Source: an uncultured bacterium | Lineage (GTDB): Bacteria > Actinomycetota > Acidimicrobiia > Spongiisociales > UBA5794 | DNA: 64,000 nucleotides | NCBI GenBank assembly: GCA_963801165.1 | Contig: CAWDDT010000009.1 | Location: 128,001-192,000 of the forward strand | Reading direction: 5' to 3' | Part shown: piece after piece, positions 1 through 9,994 of the stretch | Position numbering within the stretch: position 1 is the first letter of the stretch | How the letters are laid out: each line of letters starts with the position of its first letter | The notes under the pieces: generated by a model | The model's database searches: none | Told to the model about the DNA's origin: nothing | Seen by the model: the letters and a program-made list of their open reading frames with translations, nothing else | Position numbers and translations under genes: made by a program

Positions 1-197
1 GCCACCGCGTCGCTCCACTTCTCTTCGAGCAGGGCGTGTTGCAGCTGGCCGAGCACCTCGGGTGAGAAGATCCGTCGATCGGCCCGGGCGACGAGACGGA
101 CGGCGAGTGCCCGGTGGAGGACGGCGAAGTCCTCAGCCACCAGGACCCCCGGCGGGTTGTCGCGGATGACAGCTACCGCAACGGTGGGATGGCTCAC
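1..197 (-). CDS. Hypothetical protein (partial, runs off left edge)
   Basis: GTG at 197 overlaps the MTase stop (GTGA); open frame MSHPTVAVAVIRDNPPGVLVAEDFAVLHRALAVRLV...LLEEKWSDAV to the window edge. Confidence 0.6.
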   Translation of the reverse strand, partial: MSHPTVAVAVIRDNPPGVLVAEDFAVLHRALAVRLVARADRRIFSPEVLGQLQHALLEEKWSDAV

Positions 198-1702
198 GAG
201 AAACCTTCCACTTCCTCGTCGCTCCAGAAGCCGGGCAGCGGGCGGTCCGCCTCGCCGGTGGCGTATGACCTGAGACGTTTCCGGCCGGCATCGTTGAGCA
301 TCTCTATGGCGTCCCAGAACGCCCCACCCTTGCCGGCGGCGCGCAGGGCGTTGTCTCCCTCGCTGCCGGGCTGGGGGAGGTGAGACGTGAGCAGCAGCAG
401 CCGGATAGGTGGTGCGGATGGTCCGTCGCGTTGCTCGCTCTCGCGTAGCACCAGAGCCCGCCCGAGCGTCTTCCATACCGTGTCGGTGCGGCGTAGACCG
501 CCGCGGGTGGTGGTGAAAGCCCCGGAGACGTCGACGTACCAGGCGTTGTCGGTGCGATCGGTGACGAGGAAGTTGAACTGTGCGCCGGTGCCCTTGACCC
601 GGTGGCCGCGTTTCTGGACGGTGAACCCGGCCGCCTCCAACGTGTCTTGTGCAATCTGCTGGGCTGCCTTGCCCTCCCTGGTGGCGCGGGCCTGGAAGTC
701 GTCGCTGTTGTCGATCTGGGGCGGTTCGATGGCCTCGGCAGGCTCGTCGTTGGAGACCGCATGTGCGATGTCGATCTTGCGCTGGTGCTCGCGCTCGGCG
801 GCAACACGCTCACGCGCGATGTCGACGTAGGCGGGCTCCAGGTCGTAGCCGACGGCGCGTCTCCGTCTCTTGATGGCAGCTACGAGCGTCGCCCCCGACC
901 CCATGAATGGATCGAGCACGAGGTCGTCCTCGTAGGTGTATAGGTTGATGAGCCGCATCGGCAGCCCGACCGGGAACGGTGCCGGGTGGCGTGCGCGCTG
1001 GGCGCTCTCGGCGGGGATCTCCCAGATGTCGAGCGTGGCCTCCATGAACTCGTCCGCGGTGATCTTGGTGTCGAACGGGAGGTCCAGTGCCTGACGCTGC
1101 TTGGGTGACTTGGCCCGATCGAAGCGCCCCTTGCTGGCGATGATGACACGCTCGGTGATGTCTCGCAGAACGGGGTTGGTGGCCTTGCGGTATGAGCCCC
1201 AGGCCACCGAGCCCGAGGCGCCGTCGGCCTTCTTCCAAATGACCTCCCCGCGCAGCAGGAGGTGGAGCCGGTCCTGGAGGATATGGATGACATCGGAGGC
1301 GAGACTCCGGTATGGCTTACGGCCCAGGTTGGCGACGTTGACCGCGATCCGCCCACCCGGCTCGAGCGTGCGGACACACTCTGCGAAGACATCGTGGAGC
1401 AACTCGAGGTACTCGAGGTAGGAAGCCGGCACGCCGTCCTGGCCGAGATTCTCCTCGTATTCCTTGCCGGCAAAGTAGGGCGGTGACGTGACGACGAGGG
1501 CAACCGAGCGGTCCGGGATCGCGCTCATGTCCCTTGAGTCGCCGAGCATGCACACGTCGCCGAGCCGGGGCCGCTCACCGATCTCGTCGTCGTCTGAGAT
1601 GACCGGCGCCTGGAACCGTGCGTAGAACTTCGACGCATCGTGGCTCTGACGTCTGCCCACGCCGAACGATGATGTCGATGTCGGTTCTCGGTTGATCGTC
1701 AC
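194..1702 (-). CDS. Site-specific DNA methyltransferase (N4C/N6A, beta class) with C-terminal PD-(D/E)xK-like domain
   Basis: TSPPY motif IV precedes HPAPFP and DPFMGSG motif I; extra C-terminal ~165 aa LEAAGF...QFNF...YVDVSG; start re-picked at GTG 1702. Confidence 0.88.
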   Translation of the reverse strand: MTINREPTSTSSFGVGRRQSHDASKFYARFQAPVISDDDEIGERPRLGDVCMLGDSRDMSAIPDRSVALVVTSPPYFAGKEYEENLGQDGVPASYLEYLELLHDVFAECVRTLEPGGRIAVNVANLGRKPYRSLASDVIHILQDRLHLLLRGEVIWKKADGASGSVAWGSYRKATNPVLRDITERVIIASKGRFDRAKSPKQRQALDLPFDTKITADEFMEATLDIWEIPAESAQRARHPAPFPVGLPMRLINLYTYEDDLVLDPFMGSGATLVAAIKRRRRAVGYDLEPAYVDIARERVAAEREHQRKIDIAHAVSNDEPAEAIEPPQIDNSDDFQARATREGKAAQQIAQDTLEAAGFTVQKRGHRVKGTGAQFNFLVTDRTDNAWYVDVSGAFTTTRGGLRRTDTVWKTLGRALVLRESEQRDGPSAPPIRLLLLTSHLPQPGSEGDNALRAAGKGGAFWDAIEMLNDAGRKRLRSYATGEADRPLPGFWSDEEVEGFS

Positions 1703-1771
1703 AATGCTTGAACCATACCCGGAGGGTGTGACACGGTTGGTGATCGGCGGTCGAGAGCGCAACCGTATGGT

Positions 1772-1820
1772 TTGACACGCCGTCATGCAGACTGTAACTT
1801 TTACTCGTTGGAACGTTCCA
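1772..1820 (+). promoter_or_regulatory. Sigma70-type promoter and LacI-type operator upstream of iolE
   Basis: TTGACA(1772)-17 nt-TAACTT(1795); perfect palindrome TGGAACGTTCCA at 1809-1820. Confidence 0.7.
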
Positions 1821-1850
1821 CAGATCGACCATGAGACCGGAGGAGAGACC

Positions 1851-2738
1851 ATGGGCGGCTTTCTCGACAGGATTGCCGGAGCTCCAATTACTTGGGGTGT
1901 CGACGGTAGCCCGGGCTGGGGTCACCTCATGGACGCCGACCGTGTGCTCGCCGAGATGCAAGAAGTCGGTTTGAAGGCGACGGAGCTCGGGCCCGACGGT
2001 TATCTCCCCGCGAACCCTGCGGAGCTTGCCGACAAACTCGCTGGCTACGAGCTGGAGCTGGTCGGCGGATTCGTACCGGTGGTTCTCCATCTCCCCGACC
2101 GTGTTGCAGATTCCCTCGACTACTTCGCCCGGGCCTGCAAGACGCTTGCCGGCTGTGGCTCGGATGTCGTGGTGCTTGCCGCCGGATCGGGTCTCGACGG
2201 CTACGACCGGTCGATCGACATGAGCGAGGACGAATGGAAGGTCTTCCTCGAGAACATGGAGAAGGTCGTCGACATCGCCGAAGACGCAGGTCTGGTCACG
2301 GCTTTTCACCAGCACTGGGGGATGGCCATCGAACAGCCCAAGCACGTCTACCGTCTCATCGAGGACAGCACCGTGGACTTCTGTCTCGACACCGGCCATT
2401 TGTTCCTGGGCGGCGCCGACCCGACCGAGATCGCCAGGGCGGCCGCAGGCCGGGCGTCACACGTCCATCTCAAAGACGTCGATGGCGCCATGGCTGAGCG
2501 GGTACGCGCCCATACGCTGCCGTTCCGGCAGGCGAACATAGACGGCATTTTCGTTCCGCTCGGTGACGGAGCGATCAACTTCCAGACATTTATTCAGACA
2601 CTCGAGGACGCCGGCTTCGACGGCTGGTACGTGCTCGAGCAGGACTGTGTCCTCGACGCCGATCCGGCGCCGGGCGAAGGTCCGATAGAGGACGCCATGA
2701 AGAGCATCGACTATCTGAAGTCACTGAGTATCGCTTGA
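1851..2738 (+). CDS. iolE: Myo-inosose-2 dehydratase / sugar-phosphate isomerase TIM barrel
   Basis: APITWG, ELGPDG, HQHWG, LDTGH, HVHLKD, VPLGDG, VLEQD motifs; SD GGAGGAG; adjacent sugar ABC importer. Confidence 0.75.
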   Translation: MGGFLDRIAGAPITWGVDGSPGWGHLMDADRVLAEMQEVGLKATELGPDGYLPANPAELADKLAGYELELVGGFVPVVLHLPDRVADSLDYFARACKTLAGCGSDVVVLAAGSGLDGYDRSIDMSEDEWKVFLENMEKVVDIAEDAGLVTAFHQHWGMAIEQPKHVYRLIEDSTVDFCLDTGHLFLGGADPTEIARAAAGRASHVHLKDVDGAMAERVRAHTLPFRQANIDGIFVPLGDGAINFQTFIQTLEDAGFDGWYVLEQDCVLDADPAPGEGPIEDAMKSIDYLKSLSIA

Positions 2739-2933
2739 GGCATTGATCCTCGTCGTGCGGAGGAGGCGCACGGCTGGTCATGCAATAGAGGAGTATTTCC
2801 CACCGTATGAGTGGGTCCAACGAGATTGGCCTCGGTATTCGAGGTCGACGTGTTGTCCGGTGAAGTGTTTCTATTCGCCGGACCTGGCGACCCCGCAGAG
2901 TGCGGGCGTCTCAACACTGAGGAGGAAGAGAAT

Positions 2934-3968
2934 ATGAAGAAGAGGATCATTCTGATCCTTGTCCTCGCTTTCGCACTGCTTGTAGCGGCATGTGGCGGAG
3001 ACGACGGTGCAGCGTCGACAACGACGACCGCCGGCGGCAGCGAGGGATCGACCACCACCGCGGCGTCGGGCGACACCGGCGCCGTGACCCAGCGCGGATA
3101 TCACTTCATCGTTGTTTCCCATGGTCAGTCATCCGACCCGTTCTGGTCGGTAGCTGCCAACGGGGCCAGCGATGCTGCCAAGGACATGGGTGTCCAGGTC
3201 GACTGGCAGGCACCCGGAACCTTCGACATGGTCGAGATGAGCAACCTCATTGACGCCGCCGTCGCCGCCCATCCCGATGGGCTTGTCGTGACGATCCCGG
3301 ACGCCGACGCGCTCGGTGCTTCCATCAAGAGCGCCGTTGCCGCCGGTATCCCGGTCATCTCGATGAATTCGGGCAGTGATGTCTTTGCCGATCTCGGAGT
3401 GTTGGTCCACGTTGGCCAGACCGAGTACGAAGCCGGTTTGATCGCCGGTCAGAAGTTCAAGGACGAGGGCGTCACAAGCGCCATCTGCCTGAACCAGGAG
3501 GTCGGCAACGTCGCGCTCGACCTACGTTGCCAGGGCTTCGAGGACGGTCTCGGCGTTCCCGTCAAGGTCGTTGCAGTCGAGCTTTCCGATCCGACTGGTG
3601 CCCAGCAGACGGTCGGGGCCGAGCTGCAAGCAAACCCTGTCGACGGCATCCTGACCCTCGGTCCCACCGGTGCCCAGCCCACGCTGGCCGCACTGGATGA
3701 GGCCGGAATGCTCGGGCAGGTCAAGTTCGCCACGTTCGACCTGTCCCCGGAGGTGCTCCAGGCGATCGTCGACGGCAACATGCTGTTCGCCATCGACCAG
3801 GCCCAGTACCTGCAGGGCTACCTGCCGATCGTGCTGCTGACCAAGTATCTGGAGACCGGGGCGCTCCCGCTGGGTAGCGTCGACCGGGTCATCCTGACCG
3901 GTCCGCAGATCGTGACGGCAGATAAGGCCGCAGACGTGATCAAGTACTCTGAGGAAGGCCTCAGGTAA
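2934..3968 (+). CDS. Sugar (inositol-like) ABC transporter substrate-binding lipoprotein
   Basis: Lipobox LVAAC, Thr-rich linker, [19 protein letters not shown]; SD GAGGAGG. Confidence 0.9.
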   Translation: MKKRIILILVLAFALLVAACGGDDGAASTTTTAGGSEGSTTTAASGDTGAVTQRGYHFIVVSHGQSSDPFWSVAANGASDAAKDMGVQVDWQAPGTFDMVEMSNLIDAAVAAHPDGLVVTIPDADALGASIKSAVAAGIPVISMNSGSDVFADLGVLVHVGQTEYEAGLIAGQKFKDEGVTSAICLNQEVGNVALDLRCQGFEDGLGVPVKVVAVELSDPTGAQQTVGAELQANPVDGILTLGPTGAQPTLAALDEAGMLGQVKFATFDLSPEVLQAIVDGNMLFAIDQAQYLQGYLPIVLLTKYLETGALPLGSVDRVILTGPQIVTADKAADVIKYSEEGLR

Positions 3969-3977
3969 GTACTCGAC

Positions 3978-4018
3978 GCCGCTTTCGGGGGCCTGCCTAA
4001 GGTAGGCCCCCGAGCGGC
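3978..4018 (+). terminator. Intercistronic stem-loop after the SBP gene
   Basis: GCCGCTTTCGGGGGCCTGCC-TAA-GGTAGGCCCCCGAGCGGC followed by TATTT. Confidence 0.6.
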
Positions 4019-4038
4019 TATTTCGGGAGGAGGATCAC

Positions 4039-5115
4039 GTGGTAAGCAACACGGCGCCACCGGCCCCACCGACACCGAGTGTCGATGAGCGTGTCAGACA
4101 GGTGGGTGTGCTCAGCAAGCTTCTGACCCGACCGGAGTTGGGTGCCGTCGCCGGCACCGTCCTCGTTTGGGTGTTTTTTGCGGTCATTGCCCATGGGAAC
4201 AACTTCGTGAGTTGGCTGACCCTCGCCTCCATTCTCAACCGGGCGGCCCCACTCGGCATCCTCGCCGTTGCGGTGGCTCTGCTGATGATCGGTGGTGAGT
4301 TCGATCTCTCGGTCGGCTCACTGATCGGGTTCTCCGGGATGACGATCATGGTCCTCGTCTTTCCCACCGATGGTGGCGGGTTCGGCTGGTCGCTGTGGCC
4401 GGCGATGGTGCTAGCCCTCCTCATCGCAGTGGCCAGCGGGATCTTCAACGGCACCCTGGTGATGACCACGAAGCTGCCCTCTTTCATCATCACCCTGGCC
4501 ACTCTCTTCATTTTCCGGGGGCTCACGATTGCTCTCACCCGGTATTTCACCGACCGCACTCAGCTAGGTCATCTCGACACTGTCTCGGGATACGGTCTCG
4601 CCAACACGCTGTTCTCACAGAAGATCACGATCCTGGGTGCCAGCTACAGCGTGTCAATCCTATGGTGGATTGCCCTCACCGTGCTCGCTACCTGGGTGTT
4701 GCTGCGCACCAGGTCGGGTAACTGGATCTTCGGGTCCGGCGGCGACGCCGATGCCGCCCGCAACCAGGGGGTTCCCGTAAGCCGTACCAAGATCGCACTG
4801 TTTGTGGCGACCGCGATGGCGGCGTGGCTGGTTGCCGTGATCCAGGTCGTCGAATTCAAGTCGGCCGACACGCTGCGAGGGACGCTCCAAGAGTTCTATG
4901 CGATCATTGCCGTCGTAATCGGCGGCACCCTGCTGACCGGAGGCTACGGCTCGGCGGTCGGGGCGTTCTTGGGAGCACTCATCTTCGCAATGGTGCAGCA
5001 GGGCATCGTCATCACGGGTGTCAACGGCGACTGGTTCCGCGTGTTCGTAGGTGTGGTGCTGGTGGTGGCCGTGGTGTTCAACCAGTACGTTCGGCAGCAG
5101 GCGGCGAAACGATGA
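4039..5115 (+). CDS. Sugar ABC transporter permease (BPD_transp_2)
   Basis: [33 protein letters not shown]; many TM segments. Confidence 0.92.
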   Translation: MVSNTAPPAPPTPSVDERVRQVGVLSKLLTRPELGAVAGTVLVWVFFAVIAHGNNFVSWLTLASILNRAAPLGILAVAVALLMIGGEFDLSVGSLIGFSGMTIMVLVFPTDGGGFGWSLWPAMVLALLIAVASGIFNGTLVMTTKLPSFIITLATLFIFRGLTIALTRYFTDRTQLGHLDTVSGYGLANTLFSQKITILGASYSVSILWWIALTVLATWVLLRTRSGNWIFGSGGDADAARNQGVPVSRTKIALFVATAMAAWLVAVIQVVEFKSADTLRGTLQEFYAIIAVVIGGTLLTGGYGSAVGAFLGALIFAMVQQGIVITGVNGDWFRVFVGVVLVVAVVFNQYVRQQAAKR

Positions 5116-5987
5116 GTGACAACGGTACTCCCCTCCTCGAAATCAAGAACATCTCGAAGTACTTCGGTAGCGTCATCGCCCTGCAGGATGTCTCGGCGTT
5201 TGTCCGCGCCGGTGAAGTGACCTGTCTGTTGGGTGATAACGGCGCCGGCAAGTCAACCCTCATCAAGGTTCTCTCCGGTGTGCACGCACCATCCGAGGGG
5301 CACTACTTCTTCGACGGCCAAGAACAGCAATTCGACTCGCCCCGCGACGCTCGTGACATGGGCATCGCCACCGTCTACCAGGATCTGTCGATGATCCCGT
5401 TGATGGCGGTGTGGCGCAACTTTTTCCTCGGGGCCGAGCCAACCAAGGGTTGGGGTCCATGGCGCCGGTATGACGTTGATTTCGCTAAGACGACGACGCT
5501 CGACGAGCTGCACAAGATGGGGATCGAAATCCGTGACCCGGATCAGTCGGTTGGCACGCTATCGGGTGGTGAGCGGCAGTCCGTCGCCATTGCCAGGGCC
5601 GTCTACTTCGGTGCCAAGGTCCTGATCCTCGACGAGCCGACCGCGGCCCTCGGGGTCAAGCAGGCGGGTGTCGTGCTCAAATACATAGTCCAGGCGAAAA
5701 ACCGGGGCATCGGCGTGATCTTCATCACCCACAACCCGCACCACGCTTACCCGGTTGGGGATCACTTTGTGATCCTGCGCCGTGGTCAGGTGTCCGGCGA
5801 CTTCGCCAAAGCCGAGCTACCGCTCGAGCAGCTCGTGCAGATGATGGCGGGCGGTGCCGATCTCGAGGTGCTCCAGCATGAGCTCGAGGCTGAGTCACAG
5901 AGTGGAGGCGAGGACGCCGATGCGATAGCGGAGACCGCCAAGAGCATCAGTGCAGAGCTTCACGACCTCGGTGCCGAATCGGACTGA
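5112..5987 (+). CDS. Sugar ABC transporter ATP-binding protein
   Basis: [22 protein letters not shown]; ATGA overlap with permease. Confidence 0.93.
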   Translation: MSDNGTPLLEIKNISKYFGSVIALQDVSAFVRAGEVTCLLGDNGAGKSTLIKVLSGVHAPSEGHYFFDGQEQQFDSPRDARDMGIATVYQDLSMIPLMAVWRNFFLGAEPTKGWGPWRRYDVDFAKTTTLDELHKMGIEIRDPDQSVGTLSGGERQSVAIARAVYFGAKVLILDEPTAALGVKQAGVVLKYIVQAKNRGIGVIFITHNPHHAYPVGDHFVILRRGQVSGDFAKAELPLEQLVQMMAGGADLEVLQHELEAESQSGGEDADAIAETAKSISAELHDLGAESD

Positions 5988-6553
5988 CTGGTGGCCCAAT
6001 TGCGTACGACGGCGATGGCGTCGTTGGTCAGGTCGATGCCCTGACGCAGCGTGCGGTCGCCGAGGACGTATTGCACCGTCGCCTCTGCATACTGCTCGGA
6101 CGGGGTGGTTTTCCAATCGGCGCCGTCAAACCATGCGGTGTCGGTGGGAAACCCCTGTGCCGAGAGGAACGCCGGCCGCAGTTCTTCTTGCTGGGGGCAG
6201 GTGAACTCGACGTTATGGGCGAACTCGTGAACCAACTCGTCGCTGAGGGTTGCCGGGGTACCAGGCACCCTCACGACGACGGTGGCGGTGTCCGGTTGGT
6301 ATTCGCCGCGGGTGTCGAGTTCCCAGGCGGCGTGCAAGGTGACATCGCCGATGCAGTCGAGGCGTGCCGGATGGTATTCGAGGAATTGTGCCCAGACGTC
6401 GGTGGCGAGCTCCTGCAAGTCGGAGGGAACGCTGGAGTCGAAACGCAGCTGCGGGGGCGACTCGGCACAGCCGGATGCCAAAGACCCCGTGAGGAGAGCG
6501 GCGATTGCTAGAGAAACGATACGGCGCACATCAGCGAGACTAATGGTGGCCAC
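5960..6553 (-). CDS. Putative lipoprotein with HExxH zinc-metallopeptidase-like motif
   Basis: Lipobox LASGC; LVHEFAH and downstream PSEQYAE. Confidence 0.65.
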   Translation of the reverse strand: MATISLADVRRIVSLAIAALLTGSLASGCAESPPQLRFDSSVPSDLQELATDVWAQFLEYHPARLDCIGDVTLHAAWELDTRGEYQPDTATVVVRVPGTPATLSDELVHEFAHNVEFTCPQQEELRPAFLSAQGFPTDTAWFDGADWKTTPSEQYAEATVQYVLGDRTLRQGIDLTNDAIAVVRNWATSQSDSAPRS

Positions 6554-6594
6554 GGTGGGCCTAACGGGCCCGGACTGATATCAAAGGAGTCGCA

Positions 6595-7362
6595 ATGGAT
6601 CTGTACCCAGACTTCAGACTCGGCGGCAAGGTGGCGGTGGTCACCGGGGCCAGCAAGGGCATCGGCCGAGATCTGGCGAACGCGCTGGCCGGGGCCGGCG
6701 CCCGCGTTGCCGTGACCGCCCGGAGTGAGGCCGCCCTTGCCGAGCTGGCGGCTGAGATCGAGCGCTCCGGCGGTGAGGCCTACCCGGTTGGGCTCGATGT
6801 TGGGAACGTTGCCGCTATCGGCCCCGTGTTCGACGACATCCGCGGTCACTTCGGCTCGGTAGACATTCTCGTTAACAATGCCGGTCTCGGTGCCAACCAT
6901 CCTGCCGAGGACGTGACCGAATCCGCCTGGGATGCGATGATGGACGTCAATCTGAAGGGTCTCTTCTTCTGCTGCCAGGCGGCTGGTCGCATCATGCTGG
7001 AGCAGGGATCGGGCCGGATCGTCAACATGAGCTCGCAGGCGGGCGTTGTCGGCATCCGCGACCACGCTGTCTATTCCGCCAGCAAGGGTGGGGTGAACAT
7101 GCTCACAAAGGTGCTCGCTCTCGAGTGGTCGAGCCGGGGAGTGACGGTGAACGCGGTGGCGCCAACCTTCATCTATACGCCTGGCACTGCCGAGCGGTTG
7201 GACCAGCCCGAATATCTGGCCGGGGTACTCGACCGGCTTCCCATCGGCCGGGTGGGCTCAACCACCGACGTGGCCGCCGCCGTCATCTACCTGGCCTCGC
7301 CGGCCGGCGGCCTCGTCACCGGCCACGTCCTACTGGTCGACGGCGGCTGGACGGCGCAATAG
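6595..7362 (+). CDS. SDR family oxidoreductase
   Basis: TGASKGIG, NNAG, YSASK, VDGG; SD AAGGAG. Confidence 0.93.
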   Translation: MDLYPDFRLGGKVAVVTGASKGIGRDLANALAGAGARVAVTARSEAALAELAAEIERSGGEAYPVGLDVGNVAAIGPVFDDIRGHFGSVDILVNNAGLGANHPAEDVTESAWDAMMDVNLKGLFFCCQAAGRIMLEQGSGRIVNMSSQAGVVGIRDHAVYSASKGGVNMLTKVLALEWSSRGVTVNAVAPTFIYTPGTAERLDQPEYLAGVLDRLPIGRVGSTTDVAAAVIYLASPAGGLVTGHVLLVDGGWTAQ

Positions 7363-7734
7363 GTCCAGGTGACGGCAGCCCACCATCCCTAGACACAATG
7401 CTGTGGTGGTGCTCGGCAAGCGGCATCGCTCCGCATGGATCCGAGACCGATGACGTATGGCATCTGCGGCGGGCGACGCCGAGCGCCACGAGCTCTCTGG
7501 GCGGACAGCGATGCGATAGGCTTTGGTTTCTGATGGGAATCTCGTCGTTCCGGCTTCTGTGGGGCAGAGGGTGACCAGGCCGGTGTCTGGCGAGGCAGCG
7601 CTCACCTGCGAGGCCCCCCTCGGCGGGTGTACGCCCTTTGCGTTCGGAGCTGGACTTATCGTCCTCGGTGATAGCGCTGGCGAATCTATCTTGGCTAGGC
7701 TCGTTGACCGTCCGCCTGGCTTGGTGCAGCACTG

Positions 7735-8292
7735 ATGACGAGTCATATCGAGTTGGTTGAAGTTCGTGTCCGGGGGTGGGCACTCGGAGCACTTGCCTCA
7801 AGTCTCACGGTCGTCTGGCTGCTGATGCTGTTTCTAGTGCACGTATACGTTCCGTCGGACCTCGGCGGTCTCTCTCGGCCGATGCGGCCACTCCTTCCGT
7901 ACGTCGCGGTGACCATACTTATCAGTATCTGGAGGTTCGACACGGCCAGCAACGTTGGAAGGATCGTGATCGACGACCACGGTCTTTCTCTGCCCTGGTT
8001 TTGGTGGGAAACGCATCGGCTCACCCTTTGGTCCAAGGTTGCTAGGGCCGAGGTCGATGCCGTCGCCGGGAGTGGTGTGCGGGCGCAGCGGCTCCGTCTG
8101 TTTGGACCTCGTGGGTCGGTATGCGCACTTGTTGGAAGAAGGTGGGTCGACGACTGGGATCTGTTGCTGCAAGCGGTCCGGGACCGTGACGTGGAGATCC
8201 ACGTGACCCCTGCGGTGAGCGCCTGGGATGCCGCTGCCGCCGATGGCCTCATCAGGCCCCGACCTCGGTGGCTGTCTCGACGACGGAAATGA
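7735..8292 (+). CDS. Hypothetical membrane protein (bacterial PH-like C-terminus)
   Basis: Two TM helices then IVIDDHGLSL...LWSKVARAEV pattern. Confidence 0.5.
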   Translation: MTSHIELVEVRVRGWALGALASSLTVVWLLMLFLVHVYVPSDLGGLSRPMRPLLPYVAVTILISIWRFDTASNVGRIVIDDHGLSLPWFWWETHRLTLWSKVARAEVDAVAGSGVRAQRLRLFGPRGSVCALVGRRWVDDWDLLLQAVRDRDVEIHVTPAVSAWDAAAADGLIRPRPRWLSRRRK

Positions 8293-8653
8293 CCACGCGA
8301 TCTTCATCGCCGCGTCAGGGCTGGGCCGCATGCTGATTGATATCGAACGCGTTCTCGGGTTTGGTGCAAGGTCTGGCGCTTGGGCCGCCTGCCCGAACGG
8401 TAGGGGAACCACAAGCTCACCGGGGTTGTCGATGGCGGAACGCGTGCTCTTCCCCGTCACCGAGTTTCGGCGCGGACTAGGTCGATGCGACGGAACCGCT
8501 GTCGGTTACCTTCGAGCTCTCCCGTGGTGAGGACGAGCCGACGGTCGTCACCAAACGCAGGTACCCCGTCCGCTGTCGCATCGTCATATTGTGCCAAACC
8601 CGGCGTGATCGGGCGAGTTCGTGAGACGGCCACTGAGGTGGGTTCCCGCGTTG

Positions 8654-9811
8654 TCAGCTCGCAGCCAGAGTCTCGTGCACGGCGGTTGCCGCCAGCGCCG
8701 TAACCCGATCATCCATCGGGAAGGTGTGCTCCCCGGCGTGGACGACGTATGCACGGTCGAGCCGGAGGGTGTCGAGTGCCGAGTGCAGCGACTTGGTCAT
8801 CCGGGGCGCGGTAGTGCGTTTCATCTCGAATCCGAGACGATGTCCGTCCTGGATGGTGAACAGGTCGAGCTCGGCACCGGCGTGGGTCGCCCAGAAGTAC
8901 AGGTCCCGGGGAGCTGCTCCAAGCGCGGCGGCGATTTCGGCAATCAACAGCGATTCCCAGGAGTACCCGGCCACGGGGTGTGCCAGCACGGCGTCGAGAT
9001 CGCTCAGGCTGAGAAGCGTGTGAAGTAGCCCCGTGTCAGCCACGTATAACTTTGGTGACTTGACCTGCCGTTTCTTCACGTTCTCGAACCACGGTTGGAG
9101 CTGCCGTACCACCAGCGCCGAGGTCAGCATGTCGAGGTAGCTGCGGACCAGGTGGCCCGATAGGCCGAGTGCTTTCGAGAACGCTGCCGCGTTCCAGGTG
9201 GTGCCGTGGCTGTGGGCAAGCATCGTCCACAGCCGGCGCATGGTCTGTGAAGGGACGGTGATTCCGAGCTGGGGCAGGTCACGCTCGAGAAAGGTTCTGG
9301 TGAAGTCTTCTCTCCACTTGAACGACGCACCGTCGTCCTCGGCGAGGAAGGAGCGAGGGAACCCGCCCCGATTCCACAGCCTGTTCAGGTGTGCGACCCC
9401 CACTTCGTCGCTGGTGAACGGGGTGAGGTCCAGGTAGGCGATCCGGCCCGCCAGAGTCTCCGACGTCTGCCGGAGCAGGGCACCCGAGGCACTCCCCAGG
9501 ATCAGATATTGGGCGGTGGTACCAGGACGGTCGATCAGCACCCGGAGCACCGCAAAGACCCCGGGGAGACGCTGAACCTCATCGAGGACCACGAGTCCCG
9601 TGAGCGACGACAGCGCCAACTCCGGATCCTGCAGACGCGCCAGGTCGGCTGGCGACTCGAGGTCGAAATGGTGCACCGGACCGGTGCACGCCTCGGCGTA
9701 TTGCCGAGCCAGAGTCGTCTTCCCGACCTGTCTAGCACCGAGGACGGCCACAGCCGGGTTGTGGTCGAGTAACCACGACAGGCGGCGCAGGTGCACATCT
9801 CGGGCAATCAT
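8654..9811 (-). CDS. AAA_14 ATPase with DUF4143 domain
   Basis: GARQVGKTT, LDEVQ, LGSAS, LAGR, KSPKLYVADTG, ELD...EMK. Confidence 0.9.
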   Translation of the reverse strand: MIARDVHLRRLSWLLDHNPAVAVLGARQVGKTTLARQYAEACTGPVHHFDLESPADLARLQDPELALSSLTGLVVLDEVQRLPGVFAVLRVLIDRPGTTAQYLILGSASGALLRQTSETLAGRIAYLDLTPFTSDEVGVAHLNRLWNRGGFPRSFLAEDDGASFKWREDFTRTFLERDLPQLGITVPSQTMRRLWTMLAHSHGTTWNAAAFSKALGLSGHLVRSYLDMLTSALVVRQLQPWFENVKKRQVKSPKLYVADTGLLHTLLSLSDLDAVLAHPVAGYSWESLLIAEIAAALGAAPRDLYFWATHAGAELDLFTIQDGHRLGFEMKRTTAPRMTKSLHSALDTLRLDRAYVVHAGEHTFPMDDRVTALAATAVHETLAAS

Positions 9812-9823
9812 CTCACCAGGATA

Positions 9824-9858
9824 CTAGAAAATCTCAAATCCCCTTGCATATTTTCAAG
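9824..9858. promoter_or_regulatory. AT-rich inverted repeat over the AAA_14 promoter
   Basis: CTAGAAAAT-17 nt-ATTTTCAAG; minus-strand -10 TATCCT 6 nt before ATG. Confidence 0.5.
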
Positions 9859-9994
9859 GATGGAATCGGCGGTCTGCTCCGTGTCGGTGATCCTGCCTTG
9901 CTGGTCACTCACGTCACGGAGGACGGGCTCAGACCGATCTGGTACGCAAGAACGTCTCGAACCCGCCTGTGTCAGACCGGTAAGGGCGCATTCA

